The notes under the pieces are model-generated. The model did no database searches. It was not told the DNA's origin and saw only the letters and a program-made list of their open reading frames with translations. From Gammaproteobacteria bacterium (GTDB lineage: Bacteria; Pseudomonadota; Gammaproteobacteria; Eutrophobiales; Eutrophobiaceae): a stretch of DNA of 64,000 bases. The position numbers and the translations under genes are program-made. The stretch covers positions 3,360,001-3,424,000 of the forward strand of contig OZ220696.1 of assembly GCA_965116495.1 (NCBI GenBank). The letters are read 5' to 3'. This document shows positions 38,501-48,108 of this stretch, in pieces; the first letter of the stretch is position 1, and every line of letters starts with the position of its first letter.

Positions 38501-39992
38501 TCACCCCGCCGTTGGTAATAGCAGTCAACCTTGCGCCTTTCCTGGGCCGGATGCGCTTGTTCACTGTGTCATGGTGTAGATAACGACTGCGCCGGCCGCG
38601 CCGGGTTGAAAAGCCCTGCGCCAGCATGTCCAGCACCTCCGTGAATTTCTGCCGGGTCAAGTTCCGGTACGGGTAAGCCCGCGTCAGTTGCCGGAACAAC
38701 TCGTCTTCCTGCAATCCCTGCTCCTGCAATTCCGGGCTGGCCGCCTCGGCGATCAGTTGCTGGGCGAGCACGTCCAGGTGCCCCTCGGCAATGCTGATCC
38801 GGTCCAGTTCAGCGCGCCGTACCGCATCCAGCAGCGCTGCACATTCCACCAGGTCGTCCCGGCTCAGGGGGAACAGGCGGCCCTTGGGGGTCGCGCCCAG
38901 GTGGTGGCCGGAGCGTCCCACCCGTTGCAGGAACACGGCAATGGAGCGGGGTGACCCCAGTTGGCAGACCAGGTCCACGTCCCCTATATCGATGCCCAGT
39001 TCCAGTGACGCGGTCGCCACCAAAGCCTTGAGTTCCCCCCGTTTCAGGCGTTGTTCCGCGTTCAGGCGGTGCTCTTTTGCCAGGCTGCCGTGATGGGCGG
39101 TAACGTTTTCTTCACCGACAAGCTCCGCCAGTGCGCGCGCGGCCCGTTCTGCCAGGCGGCGGGTGTTGACGAAGATCAGCGTGGTTTTATGCTGCTCGAT
39201 CAGTTCAGCCAGTTGCCGGTACAGCTCCTGCCACACCTCTCCGGCCATCACCGCTTCCAGGGGAGATTCAGTAAGCGCCAGCGCGATGTCGATTTGTCTG
39301 GCGTGCCCGCGATCCAGGATGTTGCAATGATTCTGCCGGTTCCCGACCAGGAACCGGGCAATCGCGTCAATGGGGCGTTGCGTGGCGGACAGGCCGATGC
39401 GCACGGGAGTGTGCGCAGTCAACGCGTCCAACCGTTCCAGCGATAATGCCAGGTGCGCGCCGCGCTTGTTCGGGGCCAGCGCATGGATCTCGTCAATGAT
39501 TACAGTGCGCACGGTTTGCAGCATGTTCCTGCCGGAACTGCTGGTGAGCAGTATATAGAGGGATTCCGGGGTAGTGACCAGGATATGGGGCGGTACCCGC
39601 CGCATCTGCTCACGCGCCGTTTGTGACGTATCGCCGGTGCGCACCTGGGCGCGCACGTCCACCTCAGGCAATCCTTGCGCCTGCAGCATGTCCCGGATAC
39701 CCTGCAAGGGCCCCTGCAGGTTCTTCTGTATGTCATTGGACAGGGCCTTCAGAGGGGAGACGTACAGGACCGACGTTGCATCTGCCAATGTGCCGGCCAG
39801 GGCTGCCCGTACCAGGTCGTCGATCGCCGCGAGGAATGCGGCCAACGTCTTGCCACTACCAGTCGGCGCCGCGATCAGGGTATGACTACCCTGTTTGATC
39901 GCCGGCCAGGCATCTTCCTGCACCGGTGTGGGGCTGTCAAAGGTACTACGGAACCAAGCCGAGGTAACCGGGTGAAATATATCGGTTGACAT
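35508..39992 (-). CDS. lhr: Lhr-family SF2 helicase with extended C-terminal region
   Basis: APTGSGKT, DEIH, SAT, HHGSL, LELGIDIG and QRVGRSGH motifs; 1494 aa. Confidence 0.92.
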   Translation of the reverse strand: MSTDIFHPVTSAWFRSTFDSPTPVQEDAWPAIKQGSHTLIAAPTGSGKTLAAFLAAIDDLVRAALAGTLADATSVLYVSPLKALSNDIQKNLQGPLQGIRDMLQAQGLPEVDVRAQVRTGDTSQTAREQMRRVPPHILVTTPESLYILLTSSSGRNMLQTVRTVIIDEIHALAPNKRGAHLALSLERLDALTAHTPVRIGLSATQRPIDAIARFLVGNRQNHCNILDRGHARQIDIALALTESPLEAVMAGEVWQELYRQLAELIEQHKTTLIFVNTRRLAERAARALAELVGEENVTAHHGSLAKEHRLNAEQRLKRGELKALVATASLELGIDIGDVDLVCQLGSPRSIAVFLQRVGRSGHHLGATPKGRLFPLSRDDLVECAALLDAVRRAELDRISIAEGHLDVLAQQLIAEAASPELQEQGLQEDELFRQLTRAYPYRNLTRQKFTEVLDMLAQGFSTRRGRRSRYLHHDTVNKRIRPRKGARLTAITNGGVIPDQFDYDVVLEPEGHFVGTLNEDFAFESLPGDIFQLGNTSYRILKVEQSKVRVADAQGQPPNIPFWFGEAPGRSDELSHSVSQLRGLMDAKLARGTDAACRWLVDKLQFGESAARQLTDHLAGARAALGRLPTRQDIVFERFFDEAGDQHLVVHSPYGSRVNRAWGLGLRKRFCRQFNFELQAAALDDSIVISLGAIHSFPLEDVTRYLHSANVRDAVTQALLATPMFPTHWRWNASTALAVRRTNGGQKVPAQFQRSDAEDLMAVVFPDQLACQDNLTGEREIPQHPLVEQTVNDCLHELMDIAGLEQVLRDFEAGRIHFHCRDLGGPSPLAQEILNARPYAFLDDAPAEERRTNAVIARRFLDPADAAQLARLSPTAIERVRSEAWPAVTNADELHDALMLTGVMTEREGCGANPAATDGRAWLTGLAEDGRATVLHKEKQTLWTCAERLPQVEAVYTNAATHVLPAPPTVIPAPPTVIPAHAGIQSDNTPPPANDMLGQAAVAPYTANWTKDTALIELIRARLECYGPVTEAMLAELFEAGATEISVALLALQNEGYAMQGQFSPDATETEWCERGLLARMHRYTIQSLRQEIQPVTVADYMRFLFDWHGMGDIRPEGAGALPAVLEKLEGFPIPAAAWEQDILPARLSDYSSASLDWLCSSGRIVWTRLPGNRHKSRGDEAPASKAVLLRNTPIALLARENLALWQTLQTSGETGERKLSPGAGKILDILHHQGASFFTDLVRNTGLLRTQVETALAELAACGAVTSDSYAGLRALITPANRRPGYGQGQRRRRRTSVMNSVDAAGRWSAIEPMDTEPPATNAWPSTDETTLNAVVDTLLKRYGVLFRKVLERESDLPPWRELLYVCRRMEARGEIRGGYFVEGCSGEQFARPEALALLRKQKKEAGDLPPVVISATDPLNLVGILLPGERVPALHTNRILFKNGLPVAKQLNGVTTFLSDTDPTTHWETENLLTRRRNPTGYISKPAPGLI
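37036..37103. repeat. REP-like palindrome plus 21-bp tandem units, in frame within lhr
   Basis: TGGATTCCCGCATGCGCGGGAATGAC (37036-37061); GCGGGAATGACGGTGGGGGGT repeated about 2.5 times; encodes VLPAPPTVIPAPPTVIPAHAGIQ. Confidence 0.88.
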
Positions 39993-40047
39993 AGAAGGAC
40001 AGTTTATCTAAAAAGTTGGATGAATTGCAGTTAACCCGGATAAAGAT

Positions 40048-40449
40048 ATGAGTAAAGAATTACTGGTGCATGAGGGCGGTTGCCATTGCGGTGCGGTGCG
40101 CTTCGAGGTTAATGCTCCGGCGGCGGTCACCGTGCTGGACTGTAACTGCTCCATCTGCCGCATAAGCGGCCATGTCCACCTGCAAGTTCCGAAGTCACGC
40201 TTCCGCCTGCTACAAGGTGAGGACGCCCTGACTACCTACACCTTCAACACCGGCACGGCGCAACACTATTTTTGCAGCACCTGCGGCGTGAAGTCATTCT
40301 ACGTGCCGAGATCATTTCCGGAAGGCTACAGCGTCAACCTCAACTGCGTGGACAAGACACAAATCACCAACGTCACAGTCGAGAAGTTCGACGGTGACAA
40401 CTGGGAAGCGGCCTATGACCGGAAAAAGCACGCGCCGCGAAGTAGCTGA
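40048..40449 (+). CDS. GFA/CENP-V family zinc protein
   Basis: GGCHCGAVRF, CNCSICR and FCSTCG motifs. Confidence 0.9.
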   Translation: MSKELLVHEGGCHCGAVRFEVNAPAAVTVLDCNCSICRISGHVHLQVPKSRFRLLQGEDALTTYTFNTGTAQHYFCSTCGVKSFYVPRSFPEGYSVNLNCVDKTQITNVTVEKFDGDNWEAAYDRKKHAPRSS

Positions 40450-40503
40450 ACACGCGAGCTTCTGATTGAGTCAGGCCCACGTAAAATCTCAAACCTGAAC
40501 CAA

Positions 40504-40929
40504 CTACGCAGCCCGGTCGGCGATAACAAGGCTTTGGCCAAGAACCCTGAGAGCCTTCTCAACCTGGCCTATATGGGAACGGTGGTCGAGATCAAGCAGC
40601 TTGCGGATCGCGCCTTCACTTAACCTAAGTCTCCGGGCGAGAGCGGTTTTTGTGATGCCCTGCGTGCGCATCGCCGAATACAGCGCCAGCTTGGCTGCAA
40701 CAATCAACGGTACGGAGATGAGTTCCTGACCTTTAATGAGAGGACTCGGTACAGGTATATCTTCACGAGCATAGGCGTACGCGCTCAACGCGGTTACTAA
40801 AGCATCTACAGCCGGGGTCAGCGCATCTCGCCTGTCAGTGCCACAGGTAAGAGCTTCGGGTATATCGGAAAAATAAACTGATACACCGTCTTCATCAGAT
40901 GCCAATTCGCAAGGATAAGCGTACTGCAT
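40504..40929 (-). CDS. hicB: HicB-family antitoxin with no adjacent hicA
   Basis: YAYP..VYFSDIPEALTCG N-terminus; C-terminal HTH AKLALYSAMR..KTALARRL. Confidence 0.85.
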   Translation of the reverse strand: MQYAYPCELASDEDGVSVYFSDIPEALTCGTDRRDALTPAVDALVTALSAYAYAREDIPVPSPLIKGQELISVPLIVAAKLALYSAMRTQGITKTALARRLRLSEGAIRKLLDLDHRSHIGQVEKALRVLGQSLVIADRAA

Positions 40930-40971
40930 TAAAATTCCTCCTTCGTCTGTCAAGTGAAGAAAACTGTTTGG

Positions 40972-41598
40972 TCAAGTACTTGACATAGTAGGATGTAACT
41001 TCTTTTTCAGTTTTTCCAGGTCGGATGGGACGTCCAGATCGAATTCGGCTTCGGGGATGGGTAGCGTCCTGATCCTACCGGTGTTGTTTTTGAGGATGGA
41101 TTTTGCTCCCTCATCACCTTCCAGAGTCTGCACTTTCGGGTAAAATCCGGCAGGGATGACGGCCGGCGTACCGATGGTGTTGGCATAGCTACTAGCGATG
41201 ATTTCGGACGAGTTGGCAAGCCACAGGTAGAGCAGGCTGCGCAGGTGATCTTCAGTAACCAGCGCCTGGTCGCACAAGGTGACCAGCACGGCCCGACAAT
41301 CTAGTCTAACACTGTTCAGCCCCGCCTTGAGAGAGGATGCCAGCCCCTGTTGCCAGTCCTCGTTTAGAACCATCTTTACCGGTAGATCGCTCACAGCTTG
41401 TGCCACCGCCTCCGAGTTGGCGCCGACCACAACGATAATCCTGTCAGGAGGGAACAGGCTTGAGAGCTTGTCGACGGCAAGCCGCACCAGGCTGGAGCCG
41501 TTTATTTCGACCAGTTGTTTACACCGGCCATACCTGCTCGACCCGCCCGCGGCCAGGACCGTGGCAGTCACCCCAGTTATACGATGCTCGGCTATCAT
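40972..41598 (-). CDS. MocA-like molybdenum cofactor nucleotidyltransferase
   Basis: LAAGGSSRYG..KQL, GLASSL, GDEGAK and DLDVPSD motifs. Confidence 0.85.
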   Translation of the reverse strand: MIAEHRITGVTATVLAAGGSSRYGRCKQLVEINGSSLVRLAVDKLSSLFPPDRIIVVVGANSEAVAQAVSDLPVKMVLNEDWQQGLASSLKAGLNSVRLDCRAVLVTLCDQALVTEDHLRSLLYLWLANSSEIIASSYANTIGTPAVIPAGFYPKVQTLEGDEGAKSILKNNTGRIRTLPIPEAEFDLDVPSDLEKLKKKLHPTMSST

Positions 41599-41803
41599 GG
41601 GCCAGTTAAAGGATTGTTGATTAAGCGATGTTTAAGAGCGAGAAAATCATCCGTTTCCAACTCGTCATTGAGGGAATTGAGACAAGCAGGGTCGTAGCCT
41701 GGTTTTAGTCTCATAGGAACGATGGCTGGATAAAAGGCGGAACTGAGGCCACATTGACCGCTTCCAGAGGCTCTATTTCACCGCTGAAGGACGATTTCTG
41801 CAT
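41595..41803 (-). pseudogene. frameshifted remnant resembling a VapB-type antitoxin C-terminus
   Basis: Manual translation gives ..VPPFIQPSF, then a frameshift, then MRLKPGYDPACLNSLNDELETDDFLALKHRL. Confidence 0.45.
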
Positions 41804-42242
41804 TATCTTGTTCCTGGAAAAGAAAACACTCTACCTACATAATAGCATTCACATCTCGCCATAGGACTATATAGACATGCCCGATATCCTTGCACCCTTA
41901 CCTTGTCTGGAATCCTACTAAATTTCAAACTTAGACACTACCTATTAACAGGAAACACATATAGGAAGACAAAGCCGGACAAGAACTGCGCCACTTAATA
42001 ATGCATCATCGCATACATTCAAGCTGAGATGTGTTATCAATTATCTTCATTCGAGGATTATATCCCTGATTATACAAAACTTTCATGATCAGAGTTCTGC
42101 ACACCCCGGCGTCTCCTGACATTCGCGCCTGGCTTCAGGACGGTGCGCGTTCGAGCGTGCTCTTTGATGTCGGCTTCCTCAAAAACCTGCAAAAACCAAT
42201 CGACACCCAACCCCTTGATTTAGTACACTGTACAACATTGGT

Positions 42243-42275
42243 AAGCGGGAGTAATCGGGAGATTGCTCCCGTTTT
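42243..42275 (+). terminator. leader terminator or attenuator hairpin upstream of carA
   Basis: AAGCGGGAGTAATC-GGGA-GATTGCTCCCGTTTT, 30 bp before the carA start. Confidence 0.6.
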
Positions 42276-42305
42276 GTATGTGCGTTGCTATGGTGGAGAA
42301 ACTAA

Positions 42306-43436
42306 TTGGGTCATTCGGCATTACTCGCGCTGGCGGACGGTAGCCTGTTTTATGGTGAATCCATCGGCGTTGCCGGCGCTGCAGTGGGGGAAGTGGTGTT
42401 CAACACCTCGATCACCGGCTACCAGGAGATACTCACAGACCCTTCCTACTGCCGCCAGATCATCACTTTTACCCAGCCGCAGATAGGCAACGTGGGCGTC
42501 AATTCGGAAGATGCGGAATCGGCCCGGGTCTATGCCGCCGGCATGATTATCAAGCAGACGCCCCGGATACCGAGCAACTGGCGCGCCGAGCAGTCGTTTC
42601 CCGATTACCTTGTGGCCAACAATGTCATCGCCATCGCCAATATCGACACTCGCCGTCTCACCCGCCTGCTCAGGGACAAGGGCGCGCAGGACGGTTGTAT
42701 TCTGGCCGGTCCGGACCTGGATGAAACGCGTGCCGTTGAACTGGCATGCGGGTTTCCCGGACTGCAAGGGATGGATCTGGCCAGGGAAGTGAGCACAAGG
42801 CGGGACTACCGCTGGCAGGACGGCGCCTGGTTGCTCGCAGACGGGTACGTAGCGCCGAACGCGGCGCCAAAGCGGAAAGTTACCGCCATCGATTTCGGCG
42901 TGAAAAGGAATATCCTGCGCATCCTCGCCGACCTGGGGTGTGAGTTGGAAGTGGTGCCGGCGACCACGCCTGCGGACCGGATACTGTCCCGTTCCCCGGA
43001 CGGTGTGTTTTTATCCAACGGTCCCGGCGACCCGGAGCCCTGCGCTTATGCCATAAGCGCCATCAGGGACATCGTCGCGGCAGGCGTCCCCACCTTCGGC
43101 ATCTGCCTGGGACACCAGTTGCTGGGGCTTGCCTGCGGGGCTGAGACGGTGAAAATGAAGTTCGGCCACCACGGCGGCAATCACCCGGTGCAGGAACTGG
43201 CTACGGGGAAGGTCATGATCACCAGCCAGAACCACGGTTTCACCATTGCCGAGCAATCCATCCCCGAGGTGTTGTCGGTCACCCACCGCTCACTGTTCGA
43301 CGGCACGGTGCAGGGCATCCGTCATAAACAACAACCCGCATTCGGCTTCCAGGGACACCCGGAAGCCAGCCCGGGTCCCCACGACGTTAAACCGCTTTTT
43401 GACCATTTCATTGATTTGATGGATAAGGATAAATGA
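42306..43436 (+). CDS. carA: carbamoyl-phosphate synthase small subunit
   Basis: SNGPGDP, GICLGHQ and [10 protein letters not shown] motifs. Confidence 0.97.
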   Translation: MGHSALLALADGSLFYGESIGVAGAAVGEVVFNTSITGYQEILTDPSYCRQIITFTQPQIGNVGVNSEDAESARVYAAGMIIKQTPRIPSNWRAEQSFPDYLVANNVIAIANIDTRRLTRLLRDKGAQDGCILAGPDLDETRAVELACGFPGLQGMDLAREVSTRRDYRWQDGAWLLADGYVAPNAAPKRKVTAIDFGVKRNILRILADLGCELEVVPATTPADRILSRSPDGVFLSNGPGDPEPCAYAISAIRDIVAAGVPTFGICLGHQLLGLACGAETVKMKFGHHGGNHPVQELATGKVMITSQNHGFTIAEQSIPEVLSVTHRSLFDGTVQGIRHKQQPAFGFQGHPEASPGPHDVKPLFDHFIDLMDKDK

Positions 43437-43457
43437 ATAAGGAATTGTTTAATCAAC

Positions 43458-43483
43458 TGGATTCCTGCTTCCGCAGGAATGAC
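43458..43483. repeat. REP-like palindrome
   Basis: TGGATTCCTGCTTCCGCAGGAATGAC. Confidence 0.8.
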
Positions 43484-43577
43484 GGTCTCTGTGGTTTTTT
43501 ATTCATCTGCGTTAATCCATGCCCCTGCAGGTTTCAAGCAAGGGTGCGTAATCTGCGCATGGATCATTTACGGACAG

Positions 43578-46500
43578 ATGCCCAAACGAACTGACATAGA
43601 AAGCGTCCTCATCATCGGCGCCGGACCCATCGTCATCGGCCAGGCCTGTGAGTTCGATTATTCCGGCGCGCAGGCGTGCAAGGCCTTGCGCGAGGAAGGT
43701 TACCGGGTCATCCTGGTCAATTCGAATCCGGCAACCATCATGACCGACCCGGACATGGCTGACGCCACGTATATCGAGCCGGTGCGCTGGCAGACCATAG
43801 CGAAAATCATAGAAAAAGAACGCCCGCACGCGCTGTTGCCGACGATGGGCGGGCAGACGGGCCTTAATTGCGCGCTCGACCTGGCCCGCGCCGGCGTCCT
43901 GGATGAATTCAACGTGGAAATGATCGGCGCCGACAAGGAGGCTATCGACAAGGCGGAGGACCGGGAAAAATTCCGCGATGCCATGAACAGGATAGGACTG
44001 GCCATGCCCGACTCAGGCCTGGCCCATGACCTGGAAACGGCGCTGGAAATCCAGGGTCAAATCGGTTACCCCATCATCATTCGTCCTTCGTTTACCCTGG
44101 GCGGGAGCGGTGGCGGCGTCGCCTGGAACAAGGAAGAACTCGTTGAAATCGTGGAGCGGGGACTGGAGGTTTCCCCCACCCACGAGGTCCTGGTGGAACA
44201 GTCCGTGGCCGGCTGGAAAGAGTTCGAGATGGAGGTCGTACGGGATCGGAAGGATAACTGCATCATCGTCTGCTCCATCGAGAATGTGGACGCCATGGGG
44301 GTGCATACCGGCGATTCGATCACCGTTGCACCGGCGCTGACCCTGACGGACAAGGAGTTTCAGTTGATGCGTGACGCTTCCATCGCGGTGCTGCGCGAGA
44401 TCGGCGTCGACACGGGCGGTTCCAACGTGCAGTTTGCCGTCAACCCCGAAGATGGCCGGTTGCTCATCATCGAGATGAACCCGCGCGTGTCCCGTTCATC
44501 CGCCCTGGCCTCCAAGGCGACGGGGTTTCCGATAGCCCGGGTTGCGGCAAAACTGGCAGTCGGCTACACCCTGGATGAACTGGATAATGAAATCACCGGG
44601 GGCGCAACGCCGGCTTCATTCGAACCGACCATCGATTACATCGTCACCAAGATCCCCAGGTTCACGTTCGAAAAGTTTCCCCAGGCCAATCCGCAACTGA
44701 CCACCCAGATGAAATCGGTGGGTGAGGTGATGGCCATCGGCAGGACGTTCCAGGAATCCCTGCAAAAGGCCTTGCGCGGGCTGGAAACCGGGGTGGACGG
44801 ATTTATCAATCTTTACGATGAAATCAGTGCAGACAACCTGGGGGAGATCACCCACGAGTTGCATAACCCTGGTTCGGAACGCCTGCTGTATGTCGGCGAG
44901 GCCTTTCGGCACGGCATGGATCTGGCCCGGATTCACTCCCTGTCACGCATCGACCCCTGGTTCCTGGCGCAAATCCAGGACCTGGTTGATGAAGAAAAAC
45001 GCCTGTCGGGTTCGCCCCTGGAGGCAATCGACCGGGAGCGCCTCTACCGGTTGAAACAAAAGGGCTTCTCAGACAGCCGCCTCGCCGCATTGTTGAACGT
45101 CAGTGAAGCACGGTTCAGGCAGCGGCGTCATCAATTCGATATCCGGCCCGTCTACAAGCGCGTCGATTCCTGTGCCGCGGAATTTCCCGCAACCACGGCA
45201 TACATGTATTCAACGTATGATGAAGAATGTGAAGCAAATCCCACTGCCAGGGAAAAGATCATGGTGCTGGGCGGCGGTCCCAACCGCATAGGGCAGGGGA
45301 TCGAGTTCGATTACTGCTGCGTACAGGCTGCGTTCGCCATGCGCGAAGCCGGGTTTGAATCCATCATGGTGAACTGCAATCCGGAAACCGTCTCCACGGA
45401 CTACGATACGTCCGACCGGCTCTATTTTGAACCGCTCACGCTGGAGGACGTGCTGGAGATTATTCACCTGGAACAGCCCCGGGGAGTGATTGTCCAGTTC
45501 GGCGGGCAGACGCCGTTGAAGCTGGCACGTGACCTGGAGGCCGAAGGCGCGCCGATTATCGGCACCACGCCGGATTCCATTGACCTTGCGGAAGACCGGG
45601 AACGGTTCCAGCGCCTGTTGCAGGAACTGGGCCTTAAGCAGCCGTCCAACCGGACTGCGCGAAACCTGCCGGATGCGATCAGTCTGGCGCAGGAAATTGG
45701 GTTTCCCATCGTTGTGCGGCCATCTTATGTATTGGGTGGCCGGGCCATGGAGATAGTCTATGACGAAGTGGACCTGAAGGAATACATGTCCCGGGCCGTG
45801 GCCGTATCCAACGACTCCCCCGTGCTGCTGGACCGGTTCCTGGACAAGGCCATCGAGGTGGATGTGGATGCGGTATCCGATGGCTCGGACGTGGTTATCG
45901 GCGGCATCATGGAACACATCGAACAGGCAGGTATCCACTCCGGTGATTCGGCCTGTTCCTTGCCGCCGTTCAGTTTGAGCGGGACGCTACAGCAACGCCT
46001 TGCCGAACAGGTGGATAAGATGGCGCGCGGGCTGAACGTGGTCGGCCTGATGAATACGCAGTTCGCCATACAGGGGGAGGATATTTTTGTGCTGGAAGTC
46101 AATCCCAGGGCATCCCGTACCGTGCCCTATGTGTCCAAGGCAACGGGGGTCTCCCTGGCTCGGATTGCAGCCAGGTGCATGGTGGGGAACAGCCTTTCCG
46201 AACAAGGAGTTACAGCCATTGCCGCACCGGATTATTACTCGATTAAGGAAGCCGTATTCCCGTTCGCCAAGTTTCCCGGTGTCGATCCCATACTGGGCCC
46301 GGAGATGAAATCCACCGGCGAGGTAATGGGTGTCGGCGCCGGTTTCGGTGAGGCATTCAACAAGGCGATACTGGCAACCAACCAGGAAATTCCGCAGCGC
46401 GGCATGGTATTCGTCAGCGTTCGCGATAAAGACAAGCCGGACGTCATGCAGATTGCCGCTGACTTTGCGGATGCAGGTTTCAGCCTGTGCGCTACCGAGG

Positions 46501-46799
46501 GTACGGCAAAGGTAATCAGGCAGGCCGGGGTGGAATGCATGCGGGTGAACAAGGTCGCTGAAGGACACCCTCACATCGTCGATATGCTGAAAAACGACGA
46601 AATCGACCTGATTGTCAATACCACGGAGGGAAGGCAGGCCATAAAGGATTCCCACTCCATCAGGAGCACTGCCATACAGCATAAGGTATTTTACGCAACC
46701 ACAATCGCCGGCGCCAAAGCTATAATTTCCGCGTTAAGAGATAACCATATTGACAGCATACATTGTCTCCAGGATTTGCATGAGGTGATGACACAATGA
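43578..46799 (+). CDS. carB: carbamoyl-phosphate synthase large subunit
   Basis: Starts MPKRTDI; [10 protein letters not shown]; two ATP-grasp domains. Confidence 0.98.
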   Translation: MPKRTDIESVLIIGAGPIVIGQACEFDYSGAQACKALREEGYRVILVNSNPATIMTDPDMADATYIEPVRWQTIAKIIEKERPHALLPTMGGQTGLNCALDLARAGVLDEFNVEMIGADKEAIDKAEDREKFRDAMNRIGLAMPDSGLAHDLETALEIQGQIGYPIIIRPSFTLGGSGGGVAWNKEELVEIVERGLEVSPTHEVLVEQSVAGWKEFEMEVVRDRKDNCIIVCSIENVDAMGVHTGDSITVAPALTLTDKEFQLMRDASIAVLREIGVDTGGSNVQFAVNPEDGRLLIIEMNPRVSRSSALASKATGFPIARVAAKLAVGYTLDELDNEITGGATPASFEPTIDYIVTKIPRFTFEKFPQANPQLTTQMKSVGEVMAIGRTFQESLQKALRGLETGVDGFINLYDEISADNLGEITHELHNPGSERLLYVGEAFRHGMDLARIHSLSRIDPWFLAQIQDLVDEEKRLSGSPLEAIDRERLYRLKQKGFSDSRLAALLNVSEARFRQRRHQFDIRPVYKRVDSCAAEFPATTAYMYSTYDEECEANPTAREKIMVLGGGPNRIGQGIEFDYCCVQAAFAMREAGFESIMVNCNPETVSTDYDTSDRLYFEPLTLEDVLEIIHLEQPRGVIVQFGGQTPLKLARDLEAEGAPIIGTTPDSIDLAEDRERFQRLLQELGLKQPSNRTARNLPDAISLAQEIGFPIVVRPSYVLGGRAMEIVYDEVDLKEYMSRAVAVSNDSPVLLDRFLDKAIEVDVDAVSDGSDVVIGGIMEHIEQAGIHSGDSACSLPPFSLSGTLQQRLAEQVDKMARGLNVVGLMNTQFAIQGEDIFVLEVNPRASRTVPYVSKATGVSLARIAARCMVGNSLSEQGVTAIAAPDYYSIKEAVFPFAKFPGVDPILGPEMKSTGEVMGVGAGFGEAFNKAILATNQEIPQRGMVFVSVRDKDKPDVMQIAADFADAGFSLCATEGTAKVIRQAGVECMRVNKVAEGHPHIVDMLKNDEIDLIVNTTEGRQAIKDSHSIRSTAIQHKVFYATTIAGAKAIISALRDNHIDSIHCLQDLHEVMTQ

Positions 46800-47272
46800 A
46801 CAGAATACCGATGACCGCCAAAGGCGCCCAGCGTCTGCGCCGGCAACTGGGCGAATTGAAATCAGTCGAACGCCCCAGGATAATCCGGGCTATCGCGGAG
46901 GCGAGATCCCATGGCGACCTGAGCGAGAATGCCGAATACCATGCCGCCCGGGAGCAGCAAGGTTTTATTGAAGGCCGTATTGCAACCCTGGACGAAGCCC
47001 TGGCCGTAGCGGAAATCATCGAAGTTGAGAAAATCGATGCGGACGGGAAAATTGTGTTCGGCGCGACTATCGAGTTATTGAACCTTGAGAGGGAGGAGGA
47101 AGTCCGTTACCAGATCGTGGGGGAGAAGGAAGCGGATATCAACCTGGGGTTGCTATCCGTTACCGCGCCGATAGCCAGGGCGCTGATCGGCAAGGAGGAA
47201 GGGGACGTGATAGAAGTCAATGCCCCGGGCGGCGTTGTGGAATACGAAGTGCTGGCAGTTTCATATATTTGA
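46796..47272 (+). CDS. greA: transcription elongation factor GreA
   Basis: [15 protein letters not shown] motif. Confidence 0.97.
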   Translation: MNRIPMTAKGAQRLRRQLGELKSVERPRIIRAIAEARSHGDLSENAEYHAAREQQGFIEGRIATLDEALAVAEIIEVEKIDADGKIVFGATIELLNLEREEEVRYQIVGEKEADINLGLLSVTAPIARALIGKEEGDVIEVNAPGGVVEYEVLAVSYI

Positions 47273-47310
47273 ACGGATACACCAAAATCGAACCGTAGCG
47301 CCGACCCACT

Positions 47311-47336
47311 GTCATTCCGGTGAATACCGGAATTCA
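47311..47336. repeat. REP-like palindrome
   Basis: GTCATTCCGGTGAATACCGGAATTCA. Confidence 0.75.
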
Positions 47337-47380
47337 GTCGGACAACGCGCCGCCAGCGGCGCTACATTGCAATATCAACC

Positions 47381-47995
47381 ATGTCTAAAAGCAGCAAGCG
47401 CTGGTTGCAGGAACATAACCGGGACCCGTTCGTCAACCTGGCCAGGGGCAGGAAACTCCGCTCCCGTGCGGTATTCAAGCTGGAAGAACTGGACCGGCGT
47501 TACAAACTGTTCCACTCCGGCCAGACCGTGGTTGACCTGGGCGCCGCGCCGGGTAGCTGGTCAGGTTACGCGGGTGAAAAAGTCAGGCCCGGGGGTAGAG
47601 TAATCGCCATCGATTTGCTGGAAATGCAACCACTTGCTGATGTAACGTTCCTGCGAGGGGATATTACCGATCTGGAGCACCTGCAAAACTGCATTGCCGA
47701 GTTGCGAAAGTTCAGGGTTGACCTTGTAATTTCGGATATGGCCCCCAATTTATCAGGTATCGCTTCGGTAGATCAGGCCAACAGCCTGAACCTGGCAGAG
47801 ACGGCTTCTCAACTGGCCTGTTCGGTACTGCAAAAGCGCGCACATTTTCTGGTCAAGCTTTTTCAGGGTGGTGACAGTGCCGCCTTCCGAAAGCAATTGC
47901 TGGAAAGGTTTGAAAAAGTTATACTTTGCAAGCCGCGGGCGTCAAGAGCAAATTCCAGAGAGGTATATATTCTGGCAAAAGGCTATAATGGTTAG
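47381..47995 (+). CDS. rlmE: 23S rRNA Um2552 methyltransferase
   Basis: RSRAVFKLEE, DLGAAPGSW, SDMAPN and SREVY motifs. Confidence 0.95.
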   Translation: MSKSSKRWLQEHNRDPFVNLARGRKLRSRAVFKLEELDRRYKLFHSGQTVVDLGAAPGSWSGYAGEKVRPGGRVIAIDLLEMQPLADVTFLRGDITDLEHLQNCIAELRKFRVDLVISDMAPNLSGIASVDQANSLNLAETASQLACSVLQKRAHFLVKLFQGGDSAAFRKQLLERFEKVILCKPRASRANSREVYILAKGYNG

Positions 47996-48108
47996 CAGGG
48001 AGCAATAAAATGCGGGTGTCCGTCATTCAGTCGAGGCAGGCAGGATGCTCCGGCTGAAAGAGAGGTGGGTTCCCGATGATTGAACAGACAACATAGGCGT
48101 ACGGCGTA

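Noticed and set aside
33398-42084. Integron cassette array (attC sites) explaining the TA cluster
   Set aside because: No RYYYAAC...GTTRRRY paired sites were found between genes, and gene orientations are mixed
42085-42486. 133-aa ORF upstream of and overlapping carA
   Set aside because: It overlaps carA out of frame and covers the leader hairpin; no recognisable domain
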